Shown in pieces: positions 1 through 7,751 of a stretch of 64,000 nucleotides of DNA (its first letter is position 1; every line of letters starts with the position of its first letter). Location: assembly GCA_016928555.1 (NCBI GenBank), contig JAFGKM010000005.1, positions 9,758-73,757 on the forward strand, read 5' to 3'. The stretch comes from Candidatus Omnitrophota bacterium. Its GTDB lineage: Bacteria > Ratteibacteria > UBA8468 > B48-G9 > JAFGKM01. A model generated the notes under the pieces. It was not told the DNA's origin. It did not search any database and saw only the letters and a list, made by a program, of their open reading frames with translations. The translations under genes and the position numbers were made by a program.

Positions 1-980
1 GCTTCCAATTCCTTGTCTTTATAAACGTCCGGTCTTATGCTGAATCTGTTGAGGGAATACTTTTCCGGGCCTCCCTGCCTTCCTTTTTTCTGCATCCATA
101 TCAGCTGTCCTTCGTAGGAGAGAAGGTAGTCTATAAACTTTTTTGCCGCTGTCAGATTCGGCGCTCCTTTCAGTATTCCTATTGCGTCGGGATTTATCAC
201 CGTAAGTTTCTCGGGCAGGACGAAGCCCATGTTTTCGGCGCCGTTGACCTCTATCTGCGCCAGTGCATAAGAATCGATGCAGAGGGAAACGGCTACTTCG
301 CCGGAGGACGTATTCTTGGCTACGGCGGAAGCGCTCGCGGAAAAATTCCTTGTATTGCCGGCTATTGCGAAAATAACTTCCCATCCTTTTTTCCAGCCGT
401 ATGCCTGCAGTATAATCTCGTACATCATATGAAGGCTCCCGCTATGGCGCGGGTCGCCGTTGCCCACCCATCCGAAATACATCTTATCTCCGAGAGATTC
501 CCAAGTTGCCGGCTCGGGCAGGGAAAGGAATTCAAGAACTTTTTTGTTGTAGAGAATTCCGAATCCGCTGAGTATTATTCCGTACCAGTAAAAATCCTTG
601 TCATAGTTTGGAATGCCGGCGCAGAAAGCGGGAATCTGTTTCAGCAGTTCCCTGGATATTCTGTATTGCTCCAGCAGAGCTTTTTCTTTAAGAGAAATAT
701 ACGGGCTTATACCCCCTCCGAAAAACATGTCTATGCCTATGCCTTCCGGCGTTTTGCTGTAAAGGGACTCAACAAACTTCACATTGTCCGACGTACCCCC
801 CTGGTCTATCCATTCAACCTCAACCTCGCTTCCGTATCTTTCCCTGTGCCATTCGTTGAAGGATTCGGATATTTCAATCCTTACGCCTTCCCAATGGGGA
901 GATATTATGACAAGGCGTTCTTTGGCGGACAGCGGAGTCATTGCAATCAGAAACGCCGAGAGATACAAGAGTTTTTTCAT
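1..980 (-). CDS. ABC transporter periplasmic substrate-binding protein (extracellular solute-binding family 1, Fe3+/polyamine-type), 3'-partial; runs off the window start
   Basis: Minus-strand ORF starting at ATG 980 (MKKLLYLSAFLIAMTPLSAKERLVIISPHWEG...), with a signal peptide and a GIGIDMFFGGG motif. The frame stays open to the window edge, so it is absent from the complete-ORF track. The antisense + ORF 429..1019 is spurious. Confidence 0.55.
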   Translation of the reverse strand, partial: MKKLLYLSAFLIAMTPLSAKERLVIISPHWEGVRIEISESFNEWHRERYGSEVEVEWIDQGGTSDNVKFVESLYSKTPEGIGIDMFFGGGISPYISLKEKALLEQYRISRELLKQIPAFCAGIPNYDKDFYWYGIILSGFGILYNKKVLEFLSLPEPATWESLGDKMYFGWVGNGDPRHSGSLHMMYEIILQAYGWKKGWEVIFAIAGNTRNFSASASAVAKNTSSGEVAVSLCIDSYALAQIEVNGAENMGFVLPEKLTVINPDAIGILKGAPNLTAAKKFIDYLLSYEGQLIWMQKKGRQGGPEKYSLNRFSIRPDVYKDKELE

Positions 981-1109
981 CTTCCGTCTGCCTTTTGTTA
1001 CCTTAAATTATATGTATAAATCCATGCGGTTTGCAAATTTAATTGAAGGGATTGAGATAACTTCAATCCAATTATGAATGTTGTGTTTCCCGGTGGTTTG
1101 ACAATTTAC

Positions 1110-1138
1110 TTGACAAATTGTAAAACATTTTGTAATAT
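1110..1138 (+). promoter_or_regulatory. sigma70-like promoter TTGACA-N17-TAATAT ending 7 nt before ATG 1146 (leaderless-type)
   Basis: TTGACA at 1110-1115, a 17-nt spacer, TAATAT at 1133-1138. A second TTGACA sits at 1098-1103. No Shine-Dalgarno sequence lies before ATG 1146. Confidence 0.45.
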
Positions 1139-1145
1139 TTGTTGT

Positions 1146-1778
1146 ATGAATATAAAAGACCTTTTTCTTGCGTTTGAAAAAAGAAGAAAATTTAACCAGG
1201 TGACGAAGGAGAAGATAGCGTTAAAGTGCATGGACTTCATAAGCGCGGGCGATGAGATATTCCTGGGGGCGGGGACGACGGTTTCTTTCCTTGGGGAATA
1301 TCTTGCACGGTCGGATAAGCATTTCATGCTCAAGATATGGACGAACAATATATTTGTTTTGAATCTGTGGCTTAAGAAATACGAAGGGTTTTTACTCGAA
1401 AACTTTGTCGGGATTGTTTCAGGCGAGATTTCAAGGAAGAATCTCAGCATTGTGGACATCCATTTAGATTTTTCGAGGATAGACAAGGTTATCATCGGCA
1501 GTCCGGGTATTTCCACAAAAGGGCTTAGTTCTGACGACATCCACACTGTCCAGCAGATTGAGCATGTCATTAAAAAAGCCGGCGAGGTTATTATTCTTGC
1601 GGACAGTTCAAAGATAGGGAGAGAGTGCACCTACCAGACAAGAAGCATGAGGATGATTAAGATTGACATTGGTAAGAAGAAGAAATACATCCTGATTACC
1701 AATGAAAGCGGGGAAGAACCTTACCAGAGGACTATAAAGAAGCTTAAAGAGAGCGGAATGCATATTTTGCAGGTTTAA
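1146..1778 (+). CDS. DeoR-family C-terminal sugar-phosphate sensor domain protein lacking the N-terminal HTH
   Basis: The ISAGDEIFLGAGTTVSFLGEYL motif is typical of DeoR C-terminal domains. Only about 12 residues precede it from Met 1146, so there is no room for a DNA-binding domain. The upstream ATG 1074 lies 5' of the predicted promoter. Confidence 0.55.
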   Translation: MNIKDLFLAFEKRRKFNQVTKEKIALKCMDFISAGDEIFLGAGTTVSFLGEYLARSDKHFMLKIWTNNIFVLNLWLKKYEGFLLENFVGIVSGEISRKNLSIVDIHLDFSRIDKVIIGSPGISTKGLSSDDIHTVQQIEHVIKKAGEVIILADSSKIGRECTYQTRSMRMIKIDIGKKKKYILITNESGEEPYQRTIKKLKESGMHILQV

Positions 1779-1884
1779 AAATCAAGGAAGCGGGAATCTG
1801 TGATATATGGCAGGATTTAAGAGATGTTCCGTTCTTGGAAATCAGGAAATAACCTCGTGAGCGAATAATTTAAAGGATTATTTA

Positions 1885-3696
1885 ATGTGCGGAATACTCG
1901 GGTTTTCGGGAAAAGGGCCTGTCAGAAAAATCATAAGCCGGGGACTTAAGGCGCTGGAATACAGGGGATATGACTCCTGCGGGTATGCATTTTTATCGGA
2001 AGGTGTTGTATGCGTCAATAAGAAAACGGGGAAAGGCGGAACGGATGAACTTGTTTCGGAAATCCCTGAATATTCCGACAGGAGGATTTGTGTGATTTCC
2101 CATACCAGGTGGGCAACTCACGGGAAGGTCTGTCTGGAAAACGCGCATCCGCACAGAGACTGTAAAAATGAAATTGCCCTGGTGCATAACGGGATTATAG
2201 AAAACTATGCCCGGTTGAAGAAAGAACTTGAACAAAAAGGCCATATATTCAGCTCCGATACAGATACCGAGGTTATCGCTCATCTATTTGAGGAAGAAGC
2301 GAAAAAAATGCCTTTTCGCAAAGCTGTCCTGAAATCTCTGAATAAACTGGACGGGACTTTTGCATTGCTTGTTTTGAGAAAAGGCTGTTCTGAAATAATC
2401 GGTGCAAGAAAAGGCTCTCCTCTGTTTGCAGGCGTTAAAGGAAAGGATTTTTTCATATCTTCGGATATAAATTCCATCGTGAATTATACGGATGAAATAA
2501 TGTTTCTTGAAGACGGAGACATGTTTGCGATAGGCGATGAAATGGAAATTCTGGATTTTGTAAAAAAAGAAAGCGTTAAAAGAAGTTTTTCAAGGATAAA
2601 GAGCGGTGTTCAAAGCACTGCCATGGGAAATTTTGAAAGTTACATGCAGAAGGAGATTTTTGAACAGCCTGCCGCGCTTGTGTCTACATTCAATTCTCTG
2701 TGTAAAGAATTGGCCCGTTACATGGAAATCGTTGATACGGTGCCCGGCAGGATTACAATAGTCGGCTGCGGGAGCAGCTGGCATGCGGGGCTTATAGGCG
2801 AGTACATGATGGAGAAGCTCCTTAGAATTCCGGTAGAGGTTGAGTATGCTTCAGAATTCAGGTACCGCAATCCTGTTTTTTTGCCTGATGACCTTGTCGT
2901 TTCAATCTCCCAGTCGGGTGAAACTGCGGATACCCTCGGCGCCGTTAAAGAGGCTAAGAAGAAAGCGAAACTGCTTTCCATATGCAACGTGCATAACAGT
3001 TCAATTCCGGGAGAAAGCAATTACGCTCTGTACACCCAGGCCGGCCCGGAGATAGGAGTCGCTTCCACAAAGGCTTTTACCGCACAGATAGCCGCCCTTT
3101 ATTTCCTGAATCTCCTGCTTGCCCTCAAAATGGGGCTGATTAAAGAGTATTCCCTTGAGAAAAAGATAGAAGAATTCAGCGCAACTGCAAAAAAAATCAG
3201 ATGTATATTCTCAATGCTGCCGGATATGGAAAAAATAGCGGATAAGTTAAAAGATAAGTCCAACGCGCTGTTTTTAGGACGGGGCATCCATTTTCCCGTT
3301 GCTCTTGAAGGAGCGCTGAAGATGAAAGAAGTCAGCTATATACATGCCGAAGGATATCCTGCCGCAGAAATGAAGCATGGCCCCATTGCGCTTATAGACG
3401 AAAACATGCCTGTTGTTTTTATTTCTGTCAGAGACAGGTTTTCAATGAAAGTCATCAGCAATATGAGGGAGGTCAAGGCCAGAGGGGGCTGCATAATAAC
3501 GGTTTCTGATTATATTGACGATGATATTCTCAATATTTCAGACGAAATAATAAACATCCCTGAAGCTGAAAATGAATATTTGAAACCGCTTCTCACTGTC
3601 ATACCGCTTCAACTGCTTGCATATCTGACCGCTCTGAAAAGAGATTGCGATGTTGATAAACCGAGAAATCTGGCTAAATGCGTAACTGTGGAGTAA
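1885..3696 (+). CDS. glmS: glutamine--fructose-6-phosphate aminotransferase (isomerising)
   Basis: MCGILGF N-terminal nucleophile Cys, two SIS domains, C-terminal ...KCVTVE; 603 aa. Confidence 0.95.
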   Translation: MCGILGFSGKGPVRKIISRGLKALEYRGYDSCGYAFLSEGVVCVNKKTGKGGTDELVSEIPEYSDRRICVISHTRWATHGKVCLENAHPHRDCKNEIALVHNGIIENYARLKKELEQKGHIFSSDTDTEVIAHLFEEEAKKMPFRKAVLKSLNKLDGTFALLVLRKGCSEIIGARKGSPLFAGVKGKDFFISSDINSIVNYTDEIMFLEDGDMFAIGDEMEILDFVKKESVKRSFSRIKSGVQSTAMGNFESYMQKEIFEQPAALVSTFNSLCKELARYMEIVDTVPGRITIVGCGSSWHAGLIGEYMMEKLLRIPVEVEYASEFRYRNPVFLPDDLVVSISQSGETADTLGAVKEAKKKAKLLSICNVHNSSIPGESNYALYTQAGPEIGVASTKAFTAQIAALYFLNLLLALKMGLIKEYSLEKKIEEFSATAKKIRCIFSMLPDMEKIADKLKDKSNALFLGRGIHFPVALEGALKMKEVSYIHAEGYPAAEMKHGPIALIDENMPVVFISVRDRFSMKVISNMREVKARGGCIITVSDYIDDDILNISDEIINIPEAENEYLKPLLTVIPLQLLAYLTALKRDCDVDKPRNLAKCVTVE

Positions 3697-3712
3697 AAAA
3701 GGAGAGGATGCA

Positions 3713-4165
3713 ATGGAAGACATGAAAAAAATAGTAAGTGAGGCAAAGATGGAAGATATTGAAGGAATTGTCAGCTTGCTTTACCAGTTGAGCCCGCGAA
3801 AGCCGGGGGAATCTCTTGACAGGGAAACAGGGCAGGCAATTCTGAAAAGCATAATTGACAATCCGGATTATTGCCTTTGTGTTGCTAAAATTAACGGCGA
3901 ATTGGCCGGCACCGCTTTACTTCTTATTCAACTAAATCTGTCCCATGGAGGCAAACCCTACGGCCATGTGGAAAACGTCGTTACCGATGTCAGCCGGAGG
4001 GGAAAAGGCATAGGTCTTACAATGGTAAATTTTCTTATGTCCAAAGCCCGGGAAAGAGGATGTTACAAGGTTATTCTGGACTGCGAAGCAAAAAATATAC
4101 CTTTTTACGAGCGGTGCGGGTTCAGTCTTACGGGCGAATCGGAGATGCGCTTTAAACCGGATTGA
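3713..4165 (+). CDS. GNAT acetyltransferase, GNA1-like (glucosamine-6-phosphate N-acetyltransferase-like)
   Basis: GNAT fold motif RRGKGIG. The C-terminal GCYKVILDCEAKNIPFYERCGFS closely resembles the eukaryotic GNA1 signature (GCYKIILDC...FYEKCGFS). Shine-Dalgarno AGGAGAGG; 16 nt after the glmS stop. Confidence 0.65.
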   Translation: MEDMKKIVSEAKMEDIEGIVSLLYQLSPRKPGESLDRETGQAILKSIIDNPDYCLCVAKINGELAGTALLLIQLNLSHGGKPYGHVENVVTDVSRRGKGIGLTMVNFLMSKARERGCYKVILDCEAKNIPFYERCGFSLTGESEMRFKPD

Positions 4166-4296
4166 TTTCATCCGGTTTTAGTAAATTAATAATATTTCCG
4201 GTAGCCGCAGGTCTTCAGCCTGCGGTCCTCATTCCATGCGCAACCTAAAGAGTTGCGGCTACCAGCTTTATTACTTCTTACGTCAGCCGTAGGTAT

Positions 4297-5445
4297 TTAA
4301 GCGGAGAGCTTTCTGAGGAGTTTATCTTTTTCAAGAGGAGAAATCCTCATTCTCCTTACGATTTCCCTGAAAAAAACAATGCTGGCATCGTATGTTTTCC
4401 TGTCAACAGGGTAGGGCGTTCCGTCTTTCCCGCCGTGGGCGAAGGAATATCTCGCAGGGTCTTTGTAAGAAGGCTCCGCGCCGTAAATCACTTCAGATAC
4501 AAGGCTGAGCGCCCGCATTGTTTTCGGCCCGACGCCTTTTATTGCAAGGAGGTTTTCATAGTTTGAGGGTTTTCTCTGGTAGACGGTCCAGAGGATTTTT
4601 TCAAGATATTTGTTGTAAGAAAAGTTTTCATCCATGACAGGATGTGTTTTGAACTCTGTATTCTTGAGTTCCAGAAAGATGGTTTCGTCTTCACCGTGTT
4701 TTAATGCAGCCATCCTTGATAATTCACCGGAATGTTTCCTGAGTATGCGCATGTCGCTCATAAGTCCCGTATATGACGTATTGACAAGCTCGGTTGACAT
4801 CTGCCTTGTTCCCTCGCTTTCCTTCGCGGTAAGGTTCAGGCATCTGTTCCTCGCCTGACTGGCTATCCCCGAATGGGGCTCGCATACCATATCTTTAACA
4901 TTATTTGAAAACCAGTGGTATCTTCTTGCCGTGCTGTTTGCGGTGTTCATTCCCTGCTGTACCACCGCCCAGAGCCCGTTCCTGGAAAAGAAAAAAGAGT
5001 GGTGGTATATGTTATAGCCATCCTGGATTAACGAGGTGTCAACCTTGGCGACCATCTTGGAGTTGTATACAAGGCTTTCTACGCTGCCTTCTCTGAAGGA
5101 AATCCTGTTTCCCCATTGCGTTATCTGTTCGGGCGTTTTGAGAGACGTTTTTCCCTTGCCTCCGCATATGAAAATTCCGAGCTGTTTCTCCATGCCTCTG
5201 ATGGATTCCTTGAGTGAAGCGGTCAGTATGGTAGTTAACCCTGAGGCGTTCCAGTCAAAAGCGAGGACCGTGCCAAGGGACTGGAACCATACAGGGTCGG
5301 AAATCCTTTCTATGAATTCATCGGGCCCGTATTCCGCGACTATCGCCTCAACCATGCTTCTGCCCAGCTTCACCATCCTCTCAAAAAGCCATTTCGGGCA
5401 CTGTCCCGTATCAAGGGTAAAGGTGGCAATCCCTCTGCGTATCAT
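4297..5445 (-). CDS. DUF763-like protein with helix-hairpin-helix motif
   Basis: 382 aa. The N-terminal CPKWLFERMVKLGR and the LLAIKGVGPKTMRAL HhH motif resemble DUF763-family proteins as recalled from memory. Confidence 0.5.
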   Translation of the reverse strand: MIRRGIATFTLDTGQCPKWLFERMVKLGRSMVEAIVAEYGPDEFIERISDPVWFQSLGTVLAFDWNASGLTTILTASLKESIRGMEKQLGIFICGGKGKTSLKTPEQITQWGNRISFREGSVESLVYNSKMVAKVDTSLIQDGYNIYHHSFFFSRNGLWAVVQQGMNTANSTARRYHWFSNNVKDMVCEPHSGIASQARNRCLNLTAKESEGTRQMSTELVNTSYTGLMSDMRILRKHSGELSRMAALKHGEDETIFLELKNTEFKTHPVMDENFSYNKYLEKILWTVYQRKPSNYENLLAIKGVGPKTMRALSLVSEVIYGAEPSYKDPARYSFAHGGKDGTPYPVDRKTYDASIVFFREIVRRMRISPLEKDKLLRKLSA

Positions 5446-6056
5446 TTCCCGTCCTTTTTGCCGCCCATTACGATAAGGGCGTGAAAGTCCTGGTACAAGG
5501 CATAGTCTTTTTTGCCCAGCCCCTTCTCAAATAATTCCTGAAGGCGTCCGTATGAAAAATTATCCGACAATTCAAGTTTTTTTACAAGCCTTCTGGTGTA
5601 TTCGTCTATGACAAAAAAGGGTTTTTCAAATGCATACAGAAGGATATCATCGGCGGTTTCCTCTCCTATGCCGTTCAGGGAAAGCAGTTTTTCTCTTAAT
5701 AAAGGAGCCGGGATTTTTATTGCTTTGTCAATTCCGCCGCATTCTTTAGCAATAAATCCGGAGAGTATTTTCAGGCGTTGGGATTTGATTTTATAAAATC
5801 CGGAAGGCCTTATATGGCGTTGAAGTTTTTCTTCTTCCGCAGAAAAAATTTGTTTTAAGCCGAGCACGCCGGCGTCTTTAAGGTTGGAAACTGCCAGACA
5901 AACGTTATTCCAGTTCGCTCTCTGCGTGAGGATTGACTCTATGATTACGGTTTCCTTTTCTGACTTTGTTTTGGGCCTTTTACACCAGAGCGACCACTGC
6001 CCTTGGGGTTTTCCGTGTTTTTTCAGGAGGGTTTCATAGAGGGCATACATGTTCAT
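5442..6056 (-). CDS. endonuclease III-related HhH-GPD DNA glycosylase family protein
   Basis: LNGIGEETADDILLYAF is an HhH-GPD motif. 204 aa. The stop overlaps the DUF763 start (ATGA). Confidence 0.7.
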   Translation of the reverse strand: MNMYALYETLLKKHGKPQGQWSLWCKRPKTKSEKETVIIESILTQRANWNNVCLAVSNLKDAGVLGLKQIFSAEEEKLQRHIRPSGFYKIKSQRLKILSGFIAKECGGIDKAIKIPAPLLREKLLSLNGIGEETADDILLYAFEKPFFVIDEYTRRLVKKLELSDNFSYGRLQELFEKGLGKKDYALYQDFHALIVMGGKKDGK

Positions 6057-6064
6057 TACGCTGC

Positions 6065-6772
6065 TTATTTCTTTATTTCGGCGGCTATGATTATCGCTTC
6101 CGCCACCTCTTTCATGTTTTTTCTGTTGTCCATGCTGAATTTTCTGAGCCTGTTGTACGCTTCTTCCTCTGTTATCTTCTCTTCCCGCATCAGAATGCCC
6201 TTTGCCTTTTCAACTTTTTTGCGTATGTCTATTTCTTCTTCCAGAACCTTTGTCTTTACCATCAGCTCCGTGTTTTCAATTATTATTGCCGACTGGTTTG
6301 CTATGGAGCTCAGGATCTCTATTTCCCGTTCGCCGAATTTATGGGGTTTCGCGGTGTATATGTTTAGAACTCCGGTTATCTTGCCTTTGACCTTCATTGG
6401 AACCGCAAGCATTGACACCATATTTTCCCTTACGGCTATTTCACGGTGCTTGAAGTCAGGCTCTTTTCTTACGTCCCGAACAAGTACGGGCTGTCCCGTT
6501 TTTACTACCTTGCCGGCTATCCCTTCGTCTATCTTAAGCGGGGGTTTTTTAAGGTATTCGTCGCTTATCGCCTGGCTGGCGCGTATCTTAATGAGTTTTT
6601 CCTTTTCGTCTATAAGCATTATGGAGCATATCTTTGAACCTGTCATCTGGGCGGTTACGTTGACGATGAGTTTAAGGATGTCCTCCAGGTACATATCGGA
6701 TGTTATCGCCCTGCTTATTTCATACAGGGCTTTTATCTGCTCATTATATTCTTTTTTTTCGTGAGAGGCCAT
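6065..6772 (-). CDS. GAF domain / ANTAR domain RNA-binding regulator
   Basis: N-terminal GAF domain; C-terminal ANTAR motif AKGILMREEKITEEEAYNRLRKFSMDNRKNMKEVAEAII. Confidence 0.8.
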   Translation of the reverse strand: MASHEKKEYNEQIKALYEISRAITSDMYLEDILKLIVNVTAQMTGSKICSIMLIDEKEKLIKIRASQAISDEYLKKPPLKIDEGIAGKVVKTGQPVLVRDVRKEPDFKHREIAVRENMVSMLAVPMKVKGKITGVLNIYTAKPHKFGEREIEILSSIANQSAIIIENTELMVKTKVLEEEIDIRKKVEKAKGILMREEKITEEEAYNRLRKFSMDNRKNMKEVAEAIIIAAEIKK

Positions 6773-6842
6773 TTTTGCTTTTCCCGTAAGGTGTGCCGTT
6801 TAGCGTATGGTACACCCGATGAGCCCAAAAGTCAATTTCTTC

Positions 6843-7751
6843 TTATTTCAGCAGGCATCCTTGCGTAAGACGCTCTTTTAACATTTTTTCTTCAATCTTT
6901 GTTAAAATGAATTGCTTTTTGTTTATCCATTCAGGGGCAAGAAGTATTTCTTCGGGGCAGTCTGCAGTCAGTCTCTGTATTACCATTTCGGGATTCAGCC
7001 GGCAAAGGAATTCGGAAACTATTTCCATGTAACTTTCAAGTTTAAGCGGAATATATTTCCCTTCGTTTAACATCTTCCCGAGAGCCGTTCCCTTTACGGC
7101 GTGGAGGGGATGTATTTTTATGCCGTCAAGTCCGAGCCGGCTGCATTCTTTTGCAGTTTCAAACATGTTTTCTTTCGTTTCTCCCGGCAGTCCGAGGATA
7201 ACATGGGCGCAGATTTTTATTCCCCTGTTTTTTGTGATTTCGACGGCTTTCAGGAAGTCTTCATAGGTGTGATTCCTGTTGATAAATTTCAGCGTTTTAT
7301 TATGAATTGACTGTAAACCGTATTCAAGCCACACCTCATACTCTTTTGCGTAGGCCTGAATGACGGCAAGTTTTTCCGCGTCAATGCAGTCGGGCCTTGT
7401 GCCTATTGAGATGCCTGCTATATCCTTGAATTTTCTAACCGCATCATAACGCTCCTTAAGAATTTCCGCCGGGGCGTACGTGTTTGAATACGGCTGAAAG
7501 TAAACAATGAATTTTTTTGCCTTATAGCGGCGTCTTCCGCGCTCCATCCCGTTTTCAATCTGACGTTCAATCGGGATGTTTTTTCCCCTGACAGAGGGGC
7601 TGAAGGCGCAATTATCGCAGAATATACAGCCGTCTTTACTGAAGGTACCGTCTGTGTTTGGGCAGTTGAATCCTGCATCAACCGTGATTTTATGCACGCG
7701 GCATCCGAAGCGCTCTTTAAGATATTCCGAGAATTTATAGTAAGGTCTCAT
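6843..7751 (-). CDS. radical SAM protein, TIGR01212/YhcC family
   Basis: CxxxCxxC-type cluster (NCPNTDGTFSKDGCIFCDNCAF) and a TIM-barrel radical SAM core similar to E. coli YhcC. Confidence 0.8.
   Translation of the reverse strand: MRPYYKFSEYLKERFGCRVHKITVDAGFNCPNTDGTFSKDGCIFCDNCAFSPSVRGKNIPIERQIENGMERGRRRYKAKKFIVYFQPYSNTYAPAEILKERYDAVRKFKDIAGISIGTRPDCIDAEKLAVIQAYAKEYEVWLEYGLQSIHNKTLKFINRNHTYEDFLKAVEITKNRGIKICAHVILGLPGETKENMFETAKECSRLGLDGIKIHPLHAVKGTALGKMLNEGKYIPLKLESYMEIVSEFLCRLNPEMVIQRLTADCPEEILLAPEWINKKQFILTKIEEKMLKERLTQGCLLK

Noticed and set aside
1779-1884. Possible glmS ribozyme upstream of glmS
   Set aside because: The intergenic region is only about 106 nt and lacks the conserved glmS ribozyme core sequences; no convincing pseudoknotted structure.
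4200-4263. tRNA-like cloverleaf between the GNAT and DUF763 genes (GGTAGCCGCA...TGCGGCTACC outer stem with two inner hairpins)
   Set aside because: It cannot be folded into a canonical tRNA: the anticodon arm is too short and there is no T-loop consensus. It is more likely a pair of bidirectional terminator hairpins between convergent genes.
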